From an uncultured Gammaproteobacteria bacterium (GTDB lineage: Bacteria > Pseudomonadota > Gammaproteobacteria > Chromatiales > Chromatiaceae): a stretch of DNA of 64,000 bases. Position 1 is the stretch's first letter; each line of letters starts with the position of its first letter. The notes below the pieces were generated by a model that made no database searches, had not been told where the DNA came from, and saw only the letters and a program-made list of their open reading frames with translations. A program made the translations under genes and the position numbers. The stretch lies in contig CAVPXP010000021.1 of assembly GCA_963709645.1 (NCBI GenBank), positions 88,445-152,444 on the forward strand. The letters run 5' to 3'. Of this stretch, positions 1-10,927 are shown piece by piece.

Positions 1-1606
1 GCTGGCGGACTAGACCGATCTGGCGCACCCCGAGGCGATACAGGCCGAGCATCCCAGTGCAAAGCACTAGGACCAGGGCGGTGGCCACCCAGGTGACGAC
101 CTCGGCCCCGGGGCCAAGGGGCAGACGTGTAACGGAAAAGGCCAGCTCCAGGTCGCTCAGGGGGGCGGACAGTCGTGTTTGGTAGAGCGGAGTGCCGTGC
201 AGAGCCTGGGAGGCGTAGTCGCGTCCGTACTGGCCGATGAATAGCGCTAATCGCTCGCCGCGCCAAGTCACCTCCAGGTCGCTGGTGCCGTTGAGGGCTG
301 CCTCGCGGAAGGGCCCTCCGATCAGCCCTCGGAGGAAAGGTTCCGGGTCGATCAGCGCCCCCTGGGTGTAGCGCTGCCCGTCCCGCCAGACCTTGCGGTA
401 GAGAACGAGCTGACCGCCGGCCAGGCGGCTGGCCTCGAAGGGGTCGATTTCGCTCTCGAAGGTGCGGATGGGGGGGCGCTGGACTGCAGCGGTTGGAGTC
501 TTGCCGTCCTGGTTTGCGGCGGGTTCCATGGCGTCCTTGTCCTTGGCATTACTCCCCAAGTCCGTCGACTCCGCGGGGCTCGCTGGCGGCGAGGCCTTCG
601 CCCTGTTGCGTTGAGATTGGGGCGCAAGGGAGGCTGCTGCTCCCGCTGCCGTCACTGGCGAAGATTCCGCCTCCGGATCCGGAAGGACCCCGACCTCCCG
701 GCGGCTCTGGCGTTGCCGGCGGGTCGGCTCAAATGCCTGGGACTTGGCCTCCGGGTTCGCGGCCTTGGGTCGGACCTCCTGCTCAGCTCCGACTGCGTCG
801 GCGCGTGCCCCAGCCTTCGGCTCCGCCTGGCTGCCCTGGGTTTCGTTGAGGCGCTCGAAGGTGAGCGGGGCGCCTGCCTGGGCCATGGCCCGGGGAGGTG
901 GGGCCAGGTTGGGTGGTCCCACCGGGGCTGCTTCCTGCTTGGCCCCTTGCTGGGCCGGCGCAGCTGCCGCGAGCTGGCTATCCGTCTCCGCCCGACTGCC
1001 GGACTCAGCCCAGGGCAGGTCCAGGGTCTCGCGGGCGGAGGACCAGACCGAGGCCCGCTCGTCCGCGTTGAACGTCGGCTTGGTCGCATCGCGCCCGCCG
1101 CCCTCGGCACGTCTGCGCTCCGCCAGGCGGTTACTGCTGAGGATCTGCTCCAGGTGCTGCTCTGCCGCTGTCCGTTCGGCCACCTCTGCTGGGGTCAGGC
1201 CGTAGACCCGAGGGTCGATGGAGCCGCGCGGGAGCAGAGGGGAGCTGAAGGCCCCCTGGGCGTCCACCTGGAAGTAGCCGATCAGGCCCGGAATTTCCGG
1301 GCGGGGCGGATAGGTCGACAGGGGAGATCGCTGCAGGTAGCCGGCCCTGGGGTCGCCTTCAACGATCAGAAAGGCATAGTCCGCGAAGCTGCGGGCAGAT
1401 TCGTCGTCCAGCAGCGCCGCCAAGTGGGCATCGACACGCTGAGCCAATGCCTCGGCCAGGACTTGCTGTTGGTGGAAGCCCTCCCATTCCAGCCGGCCGA
1501 ATGCTTGGTACACCAGGAGCCCGCTGGGCACGGCGAGTGCCAGGAAGAAGGCCAGCAGCCCGAGGCGCAAGCGTCGTCGGTCCAGCCCGCCGAGAGCCGA
1601 GCCCAT
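1..1606 (-). CDS. membrane sensor protein, N-terminal part; probable cognate sensor kinase of the adjacent response regulator (3' end beyond window)
   Basis: Absent from the ORF track because no stop falls inside the window. My manual translation from the ATG at 1606 stays open to position 1: MGSALGGLDRRRLRLGLLAFFLALAVPSGLLVYQAF..., a long Ala/Pro/Glu-rich periplasmic stretch, then a second TM VVTWVATALVLVLCTGMLGLY near position 60. The ATG lies 4 nt after the regulator stop. No HisKA/HATPase motif lies inside the window, so the kinase call is contextual. Confidence 0.5.
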   Translation of the reverse strand, partial: MGSALGGLDRRRLRLGLLAFFLALAVPSGLLVYQAFGRLEWEGFHQQQVLAEALAQRVDAHLAALLDDESARSFADYAFLIVEGDPRAGYLQRSPLSTYPPRPEIPGLIGYFQVDAQGAFSSPLLPRGSIDPRVYGLTPAEVAERTAAEQHLEQILSSNRLAERRRAEGGGRDATKPTFNADERASVWSSARETLDLPWAESGSRAETDSQLAAAAPAQQGAKQEAAPVGPPNLAPPPRAMAQAGAPLTFERLNETQGSQAEPKAGARADAVGAEQEVRPKAANPEAKSQAFEPTRRQRQSRREVGVLPDPEAESSPVTAAGAAASLAPQSQRNRAKASPPASPAESTDLGSNAKDKDAMEPAANQDGKTPTAAVQRPPIRTFESEIDPFEASRLAGGQLVLYRKVWRDGQRYTQGALIDPEPFLRGLIGGPFREAALNGTSDLEVTWRGERLALFIGQYGRDYASQALHGTPLYQTRLSAPLSDLELAFSVTRLPLGPGAEVVTWVATALVLVLCTGMLGLYRLGVRQIGLVRQ

Positions 1607-1610
1607 GGCA

Positions 1611-2312
1611 CTAACCCAGCAGCAGCCGGTAACCGGCCCCACGCACCGTGATCAGGTGGCGGGGCTCGCCCGGGTCGGGCTCGATCTTGCGCCGGAGCTT
1701 GGCGATATGGATGTCCACGGTCCGGGTCTCGATGTTGGCCCTCCGTGCGTAGCCCCAGACCCGGTGCAACAGCTCCTCACGCGGCACCGGGCGTTCGGTG
1801 TTGGCCGCCAGGTACTGGAGTACCTCGACCTCTCTCCGGGTTAAGGAGATGGTCTCTGCGCCGTGCTGCCCGCTCAAGTTCCGAGTGTCGATCGTCAACC
1901 CGTCGGGCAGGCGGATCATGGCCAGGTCTTCCTGTACCGGCCGGGCCCGGCGCAGCACGGCCTGGACGCGCAGTACCAGTTGAGTCACCGAGAAGGGCTT
2001 GGCCACATAGTCGTCCGCGCCCAGGGTCAGGCCGCGGACGATGTCCTCGTCGCTGGTCTTCGCAGTGAGCATGATGACGGGCTGCTCGGCGTCCTGGGCA
2101 CGAACCTGGTTGCAGATCTCGAATCCGTCGACCCCCGGGAGCATCACGTCCAGCAGGAGCAGATCGAAGCCCCCGACTAGTGCCTTGCGCAGCCCCTCGC
2201 GCCCGTTCTCTGCCACCTCTACCTCGTAGCCGTGGAAGACGAACAGGTCCGTCAGGCCGGTGCGGATCGCGGCCTCATCCTCGACGATGAGCAGACGGGT
2301 CTTGCGGGGCAT
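1611..2312 (-). CDS. OmpR/PhoB-family two-component response regulator
   Basis: 233-aa ORF. Receiver motifs LLIVEDE and LLLLDVMLPGVDG. C-terminal winged helix: REVEVLQYL, VDIHIAKLRRKIE, ITVRGAGYRL. Confidence 0.92.
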   Translation of the reverse strand: MPRKTRLLIVEDEAAIRTGLTDLFVFHGYEVEVAENGREGLRKALVGGFDLLLLDVMLPGVDGFEICNQVRAQDAEQPVIMLTAKTSDEDIVRGLTLGADDYVAKPFSVTQLVLRVQAVLRRARPVQEDLAMIRLPDGLTIDTRNLSGQHGAETISLTRREVEVLQYLAANTERPVPREELLHRVWGYARRANIETRTVDIHIAKLRRKIEPDPGEPRHLITVRGAGYRLLLG

Positions 2313-2469
2313 GGCGCAGTGGCTTGTGACTAGGTCCTGGGTCCGCCCGGCGGACCGGACGCCTGCAAAGCCTACCAGTTATCCCCCAGGCGGTCGGTAA
2401 ATTCCTTGTAAAACCAAGTCCTGGTTCGCCCGGCGCAGGTTCTGCCCGGGGCCCAGGTGCACAACTCCC

Positions 2470-4314
2470 TCATTGGCTGTTCCATTGGGCACTATCCGCC
2501 GTTCCAGCCGCGCGATCTCGGGTCGCGCGCATCGGCCGCGCTGCTCCGCTCAACAACCTGCGCCTAATAGGCGGCTCTGGTCGGATACTCTTGAATCGGC
2601 CCTCGCGCTGGTAGGGGCGGGGGAAAAAGACTGGGTCTTGTTCCGGCCAAGGGGTTCGGCAGGGCATGCCGGCCTGGTATAGGGTCAGGTTCGCCTGGAG
2701 CCGCGGCAGGTCACCGTAGCGACCAGCGGCGGCAGTGGCCGTCACGGCATTCTGTTGCAAAGCAGCGGCGCCCGCCGGGTCGCCCGCCTCCGCCTGGGCC
2801 ATGGCCAGGGTCTCGGCATTGTCCAGCGTGTTGGCCTGGTCGAACAGGCCCTGGGCCAGGCCCAAGGCGCGGGGACCATCGCGTACGGTCGGCTGTGGGC
2901 TGGCGGCGAGGAGGCGCGCGAGCGCGACGCCCAGGGTGGCATCGTCGGGATGATCGGCCAGGGCGGATTCCAGCATCGCGCGGGCCTCAGCGTGGCGCTC
3001 TGGCCCGAGGCGCACCAGCGCTATGGCTTGCATCAGTGCCGCGGGGGTGTCCTGGGGGACTGCTGCGTAGGCCGCGGCATAGTGCCCGGCGGCCGCCTGA
3101 TAGTCCCCGTGGCGCATTGAGGCGTTACCCAACGCGTGGTGGGCCCCACCGTGCGGCGGGTCCGTCTCCAGGACCCGGCGATAGTGGTCTAGCGCGCTGT
3201 TCTCGTCACCCTGCTCCTCCAACAGGGCTCCCATCAGAAAGAGGCCTAGGGCGTGATGGGGGTCGCGCGTCAAAGCATCTCGCAATTGGTCAGCGGCCCC
3301 CTGGGCGTTGCCGGCCAGGTACAGGGCCCGGGCAAGGGTGACCCGGGCATTGACGTTGTCGGGCTCGATTTCCAATGCATCACGAAAGGCGGCGACGGCG
3401 ACATCGTAGTGACCGTCGCGCAGGGCCTCGATACCCCGGTAGTGGAAGGTGCGGGCCCCGCTCAGGAGTTGGGCCAAGTCATCCACCATCGGGTCGCGGA
3501 CACGCGGCTCCCCATCGCCGCGCTGCGCCAGCTGGGCCCGGGCCTGGTCAACCTTGCCCAAGGCGCGGTAGGCCATGGCGAGGGAATAGTGGATCTGACT
3601 CGCATCCGGGTCCGCGGCTAACGCCTTCTCGAACAGGGTAATGGCCACGGCGGGGTCGCGGTTGGCCTGCGCCGCACGCCCCAGACCGTACAGCGCGGCC
3701 CCGCGCAGCCCGGGGACATCCGCAGCGGCGGTAAGCAGCGGGGTCGCATCGTTCAGCCGGTTTAGGTCCAGATAGGTCAGCCCCAGGCGGAGCTGCGCGG
3801 GACCAAGGTCCGGGTCCAGCCGCAGGGCACGCCCATAGGCCGCGGCCGCCAGTTCGGGCTGGGCATCCTGCTGGTAGCGGTAGCCGAGATAATAGGGCCA
3901 GCGGGGGTCGCGCGGGTCCAAACGCTCGGCGTTGGCGTAACATGTTTCGGCTGCCACCCACAGCTTGTGGGCCAGATAGTACCCACCGGTCTGAGCGTAG
4001 GCAGCGGCCAGGTCCCTGTCCGGGACCCCGGGCGGGGCCTCGGCCTGCGCCAAAGTCTGAGCAAGATTGGTGCGGGCCTCCCCCAGGTGTTGGCGTACCA
4101 CCGCTTCGGCGCGCGAAAGATCCGGGGCCGGGATGGGCTCCAGGGTGACGGGGCCCGCGTCGGCATGGAGCGTGACCGGGACGGCTAGGGGATCGTCGTC
4201 GGCCAGCGCGCTGCCCATGCTGATCGCCAGGGCGAAGGCCGCGAGGACCCGGCGCCCCGAGCCCAGTCGACGCCGGGCTCCCGTCAGTCTCGGGTCGTGG
4301 TATCCAGTGCTCAT
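2470..4314 (-). CDS. secreted TPR-repeat protein
   Basis: The ATG at 4314 overlaps the upstream gene stop (ATGA). Signal-like RRVLAAFALAISMGSALA. Repeated TPR-type units: YGRALRLDPD, FEKALAADPD, FRDALEIEPDN, YRRVLETDPP. The 958-aa track ORF 2470..5346 is this gene plus out-of-frame read-through across the next gene. Confidence 0.8.
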   Translation of the reverse strand: MSTGYHDPRLTGARRRLGSGRRVLAAFALAISMGSALADDDPLAVPVTLHADAGPVTLEPIPAPDLSRAEAVVRQHLGEARTNLAQTLAQAEAPPGVPDRDLAAAYAQTGGYYLAHKLWVAAETCYANAERLDPRDPRWPYYLGYRYQQDAQPELAAAAYGRALRLDPDLGPAQLRLGLTYLDLNRLNDATPLLTAAADVPGLRGAALYGLGRAAQANRDPAVAITLFEKALAADPDASQIHYSLAMAYRALGKVDQARAQLAQRGDGEPRVRDPMVDDLAQLLSGARTFHYRGIEALRDGHYDVAVAAFRDALEIEPDNVNARVTLARALYLAGNAQGAADQLRDALTRDPHHALGLFLMGALLEEQGDENSALDHYRRVLETDPPHGGAHHALGNASMRHGDYQAAAGHYAAAYAAVPQDTPAALMQAIALVRLGPERHAEARAMLESALADHPDDATLGVALARLLAASPQPTVRDGPRALGLAQGLFDQANTLDNAETLAMAQAEAGDPAGAAALQQNAVTATAAAGRYGDLPRLQANLTLYQAGMPCRTPWPEQDPVFFPRPYQREGRFKSIRPEPPIRRRLLSGAARPMRATRDRAAGTADSAQWNSQ

Positions 4315-6046
4315 GGTCCTGCCTCCGGTTGCCCCTGCCCCTCGTGTAGCTCGGTGTAGCGGCCTAGGGACGGGGCGGGGAAGGACTCCCTCCGCCCGCT
4401 TGGCCAGCGCACAGTCACGCCGGTGACCTTGGGCTGGTTTCCGAGCCCGACCAGCAGTCGTGGGTCGCGGGCACTTGCATAGCTCCCGTCGACATGGACC
4501 CGCCGCCACAGGGACGAGGCCCCTTCGCGGCGGATCTCCACCCAGGCACCCAGGGCGTCCCTGCCTTGCGTGGCGATCAGCCTCAATCCGAGCCAGGGCT
4601 TGCGATTGCCGACCTGATTGACCGGCAACCGCGCCGGCCCGTTGTTGTTGACCACGACCAGGTCTGTGTCGCCGTCGTTGTCGATATCGCCGAAGGCGAC
4701 GCCCCGGCTGACCTCCGAGAGCCCAAACAGGGTCCCCGAGTCCGCCGAGACGTCCACGAAGCGCCCGTCTCCCTGATTGGCGAAAATCTGGTTCGGCTGA
4801 TGCAGCGGGTAGGGGTCGGATGCCTTGACCAGGCTCAGGATGATGTTGACGGCCCCGTTGGCCACGTAGATGTCCAGGTCGCCGTCGTTGTCGTAATCGA
4901 GGAATCCGGTGCCGAAGGCAGTCATGGCCTTGCTTGGGCCGCCCAGGCCGCTGGCGGCGGTGCGGTCCTCGAACCACCCCTGGCCGTCGTTCATGTACAG
5001 GGTGTTGGTCTCCCCGGTCAGATGGGTCATGAAGAGGTCGTCGTCGCCGTCGTCGTCCAGGTCCCCGGCGTCCACCCCCATGCTCGCCTCGGCCATCCCG
5101 GCGGTGTTCACCGCCGTGCCCGAGATGAGGCCGTCGTCGCGGAAGGTCCCGTCGTGCTGGTTGATCCAGAGGAGGTTGGCCATGCCGTCGTTGGCGACAT
5201 AGATATCCGGCCAGCCGTCGCCGTTGAAGTCCGCCGTCACCACCCCGAGCCCGGTTCCCTTGGCCTGGCCGATGCGGCTCTTGCCGAGACGTCCGCGAAG
5301 GTGCCGTCGCCGTTGTTGTGGAACAGGCGATCCGGCAGCGGCTCATAGACTTTGGGGGAGCAGTAGTCGCGGGCGCTGCTGGGCGCGTAGCAGGGCTTGT
5401 TCGTGGCGGTGGTGAAGTCGACGTACTCGGCCACGTAGAGATCGAGCCAGCCGTCGCGGTCGTAGTCGACGAAGGCGGCGCTGATGGCCAGCCGCGACTC
5501 GCCGACCCCTGCCGTGGCGGTAGCCTCGGTGAAGGTCCCGTCGCCGTTGTTGTGCCAGAACGTATTGCCGCCCATGTTGGTCAGGAACAGGTCGATGTGT
5601 CCGTCGTTGTCGTAGTCTCCGGCGGTCACACCCATGCCGTAGCCGTCCGCCTGGAGCCCGCTGGCTTCGGTGACGTCCGTTAGGTGCAATTGGGGCCGCC
5701 CGTCCGGGCCCGCGGTCAGGTCGTTACGGTACAGGACGCCGCGCAGCGGCACCCCGGCCTTCGGCGGAAACTGGGCGTCGGCCAGGGTCTTGCCCTCTCC
5801 CAGCGTGCGGCCCTGGACCAGGTAGACGTCCAGGTCGCCGTCGTTGTCGTAGTCGAAGAGGGCCGCCCCGCCCCCTAGGTTCTCCACGAGGTAGAGCTGG
5901 TCCGACATGCCGTTGAAGTGGACGAAGTCGAGCCCGGTGGCCTGGCTGCCGTCGATGAAGACGTCCTCGGCCGCTGCCGGTGACAACGCCAGCGTGAGCA
6001 GCAACCCGACCGCCCACTTGGCCAAACTAGCCTTTCGTCTAGCCAC
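4311..6046 (-). pseudogene. CRTAC1/ASPIC-UnbV family FG-GAP (VCBS) repeat protein, one frameshift in this sequence
   Basis: Track ORFs 5237..6046 and 4311..5243 are the two halves of one protein. Signal peptide present. Repeats DYDNDGDLD, DYDRDGWLD, DFNGDGWPD, DIDNDGDTD. UnbV/ASPIC-like tail GAWVEIRREG...VDGSYASARDPRLLVGLG...VTVRWPSGR. The frames join near 5283-5290 (GDGTFADVS | KSRIGQAKGTGLGVVTADFNGDG). Confidence 0.8.
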
Positions 6047-7925
6047 CGCTGCCTTCCCCCTCCACGATCTCGATCAGTCGGTCCACGCTCAAGGGGCCCC
6101 AGCTCCTGGCGTGTCCCGTCTGGCCAGCGGATGCTGACCCCATCGACCCGGTCCGCCGCTCCCCAGGCCGAAGGTCAGGGGCAGCTCGACCTGGGACAGG
6201 TAGCTGCGGGTCGGCATCACCTCCCGGGTCTGGGTCTGTCCCCCGGCGCGGACCTCGACCCGGGCCCCGATGGCGTCGCGGTTGGCGTCCGGGCGAGCGC
6301 AACCGCAGGCGCAGCCAGTGGTGCCCCAGGGCCTGGTCGTTGCGCAGCAGGACCGGGGCCCGCCCGTTCTGGGTGATGAGCAGATCCAGGTCGCCGTCGC
6401 CGTCGATGTCGGCGTAGGTCGCGCCACGCCCGACCAGCGGCCGGCCCAGGTCGCCGGTTGCTCGGCTCACGGCGACGAAGGTTGCCGGGCAGTCCGGCCC
6501 GCAGTTCCAGAAGAGCAGGGGCGGCTGGGCATAGTGCTGGCTGGACTGGATCCGGGCGATCTCGGTCTCCAGGTGGCCGTTGACCTGGAGCAGATCCAGG
6601 CGCCCGTCCAGGTCGTAGTCCATGAACAGGGTCCCGAAGGATAGGGCCAGCCGGCTGGCCGGACCGACCCCCTCCAGGATGGCGTCGTCGGAGAACTGGG
6701 GCGGGTCGCCTTCCGGGAGGGGCGGAGACGTAGAGTGAGGTCATCTCGTTGGCGAAGTTGCCGATGGCCACGGCCAGGGCCGCGTCGTTGCGGTGATGGG
6801 CCCAGTCCACCCCCATGGCACCGGTGGCCTGGCCGTTGCGGTCGAAGGCCAGGCCCCACTCCACCCCGACCTCGGCGAAGCGCCCTTGCCCAGGTTGCGG
6901 AAGACGAAGTTCTGCACCGTGTCGTTGGCCACCAGGATGTCGAGGCGGCCGTCGCCGTCCAGGTCCGTGACGGCCAGGGCCAGCCCCTTGCCCATGGGTT
7001 TGCCGGTCGCCGGGTTGGCGACCTGGATGCCCGCCTGCGCTGAGACGTCGGCGAAGGTCCCGTCACCCTGGTTGCGGTAGAGGACGGAATTCGCCCCGCC
7101 ATAGCCGGTGGGGGGGCCGTAGGCCCGGCCGATCCCGGTGAGTTGGAAGTCCACCTCCAGGTCGATGGCCTGCGACCAGCGGACATACCGGGTGACGAAG
7201 AGGTCCAGGTCGCCGTCGCCGTCGGCGTCGAAGAAGGCGGCGGCGGTGTTCCAGTCATCGGGGCCCCCGGCTACGCCGGCGGTCGCGGTGACGTCCACGA
7301 ACCGCCCGTGATCATTGCGGTAGAGCCGATTCGCGCCCAGGCCGCTGATGAAGACGTCCACCCAGCCGTCGCCGTCGTAGTCCCCGACCGCCACGCCCAT
7401 GCCGTAGAGCGGCTCGGCCAGCCCGGCAGACGCCGTGACGTCGGTGAACCGGCCGTGACCGTCGTTGGCGTAGAGGGCTGCGGTCGGTCTGGGCGCGCCG
7501 GCATTGCGGTCCTCCGGCCAGATGTCGGAGTTGACCAGCAGCAGGTCCTCGTCGCCGTCGTTGTCGTAGTCGAAGAAGGCGGCCCCGCTGCCCATGGTCT
7601 CGGGGAGGAAGCGCCGCCCCCTGGCCCCGTTTTCGTGGACGAAAGTGATACCGGCCTCGCGGGTGATGTCGGTGAAGGTCACCGGGGGCGGTGCTGCCGC
7701 GGCATTGATGGCCTGGATCTCTGGGCGGGCAGGTTCGGCCTCTTGGACCTGGGTGGGTGCCGGGGCATGAGCGGCTTGCCACCACCAGAGGCCGGCTGCA
7801 GCCAGCCCGACAAGGGCGAGGACGACAAGGGACCAACGCCAGGCGCGGGCGATGACGGCGTCGTCCTGGATCAGCTCCTCGGGTGCCTGCTCGGGCAGGT
7901 CTCGGCGCGGGTCAGTCATGGTCAT
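6039..7925 (-). pseudogene. second CRTAC1/ASPIC-UnbV family FG-GAP repeat protein, about 4 frameshifts
   Basis: Fragments 6741..7925, 6217..6864, 6039..6623 and 6089..6427 concatenate in order. They carry an N-terminal TM, FG-GAP repeats (DYDNDGDED, DYDGDGWVD, DADGDGDLD, DLDGDGRLD, DYDLDGRLD, DIDGDGDLD) and the tail ANRDAIGARVEVRAGGQTQTREV...LTFGLG. Frame changes fall near 6880, 6722, 6300 and 6150. Confidence 0.75.
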
Positions 7926-10876
7926 CCGCCTGGGTTCGGACGTCGGGTCCGGTTGCTGACAATACCCCCGCCACCGGTGCCCCTAGTCCCCGGGCGGTGG
8001 CGGGCAGCGGTTTCAGGTCGTAGATCACCACGGCCTCCGCGGCATGATCTGCCGCTGGGTGGCTGCGCCTATGCTCCGCCACGGCGAAGTCGGCGGCGTT
8101 GTCGTCGGGCTTGTACGTGGCGTGCAGACGGCGGTGCTGCTCGGCGCGCTCCGTCTCTCCCAGCGCCTGGTAGACCAGGGCGAGGTTGTAGTGGGCGGCC
8201 AGGTTCTCCGGGTCCAGGGCCAGGGTCTGCTCGAACCGGCCTACCGCCGCGCGCAGGAGTCGCTCGCGCTCGGCCTTGCGGGCCTCGCCACGCTTCTGGC
8301 GGGCACGCTCGTAGAGGGTCTCGCCCAGGGCGTCCAGGACCCGGTAGTCCTTGGAAAAGTCGAAGCCGCGCCGGCGGGCTTCGCCGAATCGGGTCCCGAG
8401 GATGGCCTCGAAGCCGGCGATGGCCTGGTCCAGATAGCCGTTCTGGTGGTCCACCAGGGCTCCGATCCAGGTCGCGGTCCAGGGCGGGGCCGGGTGCTCC
8501 CCCGGCCGCCCGGCCAAGGGCCACGGCGGCCTCGTGCAGGCGCCCTCTGCCAGGTAGACCCGCGCCAGGTTCAGCGGCCCGTCGGCCCGCCCCAGCGCCT
8601 CGACCCGGGCGAAGGCCTCCTCGGCCTGACGCAACTCGCTGTTGCGCGGCTTGCGCAGCAGCCCGATGCCGTAGTCGTTCCAGCGCTGCCAGTCGGGGAA
8701 GGCGTCGTTCGGCTCCACCGGCTGGGGACCCGCCGAGGGCCGCCCGCGACCGGGAGGGTCACCCGGTCCTCGGCCAGGGTCAGGATCGGCAGGTCGTTGC
8801 GGACGAAGCCGTCCCCCTGAATCTGGCGCATGTAGGTGGTGTCGAACTTGCGGTAGTGGAGCCGTGCCGTCGACGGTGACGGGCCCGGCCAACTCCTGCG
8901 GGACCCGCAGCCGATAGTGCACCACGTCCGCCGCGCCCGGCGGGATCTGGTGGTTGTAGAGCGGGACGAAGATGTCCTCCGCGTTGCGCCGGTCGATGCG
9001 GTTGCCCTCGCGGTCGAGCACGTAGGCGTTGACGAAGTGCGACCAGGGGTCGACGGACCCGTCCGCCGGGTCCAGGGCCCCGCTGCGGCCGATGACCTCG
9101 CCGCTGCGTGGCGGTCACCTCGAGCCAGACCTCGTTCGAGTCGGCGGTGCCCTGGGTGAAGAGGTGGCCCATCTTGAGGGTGCGGACCACCGTCTCCAGC
9201 AGGTACTCTCGGCCCGGCACCAGGGCCGGCAGCTCCGGGCGCAGCGGGGCCATCAGCTCGCCGTCGATCTCGCCCCCTTCGCGCAGGCCGAAGAGGTCGA
9301 CCCGCATCACGCCCTGGTTGAAGTCGCGATGCCTGGCGGTCACCCAATCCTCGTCCCTCCCGGCTCCTGCCTCCGGGACGTTAGCCCATCCTCGGGCTCG
9401 GCAGCCCCGCCAGCTCGGGACCGCCGTGTTGGCGGAGGGGAACAGGTGGTCGTGCACCGTCAGCTCGCCCGCCGGGGTCGTAGCGCCGCGCCCCGAAGTC
9501 CTCCGACGGCAGCAGCGGCATGTGGCAGCCGTTGCAGTTGGGCTCGGCCTTCTCCGGGTAGTAGAAGCTCGCCACGCCGTGGCCCGAGACGCCGCACAGC
9601 AAGTAAGCTGTCGTAGTGGTTCTGGCCGCGCAGCCACTTGTAGTCGTTGAGCTCCTCGGGGAGGTGGACCTTGTGGCAGGTGCCGCAGAACTCGGCCGCC
9701 TGGTGCAGCGGCTTGAGGAAGGTCTTCTTGTGGAACTCCGGCTTGGCCTTGACGAGCTGGCGGTTGACCCACTGGAGCAGCGGGCTCTCGCTGAAGGCGA
9801 AGGGGTAGTGCATGCGGCTCCTCGATGGTGTAGTCCGCGTTGCCGCGGGGCTGTTGACGTGGGTGATGGCGTGGCACGCGGTGCAGGTGATGCCGGCCTG
9901 GGCGGTCGGGTCGTTGACGTCGTCGAACTGCGGATCGTCGAAGGCGCCGCTGAAGAAGGGCACCGGGTCGTGACAGCCGGCGCAGAAGCGCGGCCGCCTG
10001 CACGTTGCCGTCGCGCTCCAGGGCGACCCGCGGGTCTTGCGCACGGAGAAGAGGTAGGCGGGATTGTTGAACGAGGAGAAGCCGGTGGACGCTGTGGGAC
10101 CACTGGTCGTGGACGTCCTCGTGGCACTCCTGGCAGTAGTCGTCCATCATCAGGGTCTTGGCGGGGATGAAGTCGCCGCTCGCGGTGCGGGCGAGCGACG
10201 GGAAGAAGTACTGCTCCCCGGAGGCCGGTCCCGCCACGTTCCAGGCCCGCGGGTCCTGCGCCTGGACCAGGACCATGGCCGCCGCCGCGAGCCCCGCCAG
10301 ACCGGCGATGGCCAGCCCAGCCCTCCAGCGGATGGCCTTGCCCGCCAGGCGGTGCAGGACGAAGAGCCAGGCACACAGCAGGGGCGCCGCCACGTGGGCC
10401 CAGTAGGCGACGCCCCGCACCGCCGGGTCGCGGATCTCGAAGACCCCCAGGCGCAGCAGCAGGACCCCGCTCACCAGCACCACCAGCCCGGCGCCGAACA
10501 GGGCGAGCCCGCCTTGACGGCCCGCCGGTTGCGGTCGCGGCCAGGCGCGCTTGAGGTGGATGGTCCCGAAGACCAGGAAGGGGACGACCAACAGGAGCCC
10601 CAGGCCCAGGTGGGCCAGGAACATGATTTGGTAGAACCAGTCCTGGTAGGTCTGGCCGCGGTACCACTCCAGCAGGGTCACCCCGCCCAGGTAGGCGGAG
10701 TTGGCCGCCAGGAGGGAGAACAGGACCAGGACCAGGAGCAGGAGCGGCCGGAGCCTGGGGCCGACCACCTGGACGAAGGGGCGGCGCGGCCGGGGCGATG
10801 TTGGGACCGCGTCTTGGGTGACGTCTTGGGGGCTTGGGACCTTCATCTGCAGGACGCCTATGCCGCCAGGGTTCAC
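7912..10876 (-). pseudogene. multihaem c-type cytochrome with N-terminal polytopic membrane domain and C-terminal TPR-like region, at least 8 frameshifts
   Basis: Fragments 8780..10876, 9460..10044, 9381..10667, 8571..9347 and 7912..9021 read as one protein of about 980 aa. Five CXXCH motifs are seen: CQECH, CAGCH, CTACH, CGTCH, CNGCH. The N-terminus has hydrophobic helices and the C-terminus has TPR-like units (FEQTLALDPENLAAHYNLALVYQALGE). Confidence 0.7.
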
Positions 10877-10927
10877 CCTATACTTTACCAGGAAGTCGCG
10901 CCCTCGGGGGCCGCCCGCCTTTGGCCA

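Noticed and set aside
611-1651. Long Arg/Pro/Gly-rich ORFs opposite or out of frame to recognisable genes: 611..1651, 7143..8879, 10064..11785, 14943..15977, 21046..22581, 23862..25049, 42747..44084, 47698..48909, 49561..50940, 55467..56891, 58570..59592, 60751..61713
   Set aside because: These are shadow ORFs typical of high-GC DNA. They have no recognisable motifs and extreme Arg/Gly/Pro composition, and each overlaps a gene with clear family signatures on the other strand or frame.
2470-5346. 958-aa ORF suggesting one giant protein
   Set aside because: Only the C-terminal 614 aa (from ATG 4314) look like a real TPR protein. The N-terminal 340 aa are Arg/Gly/Pro-rich nonsense produced by reading the CRTAC1 gene out of frame in GC-rich DNA.
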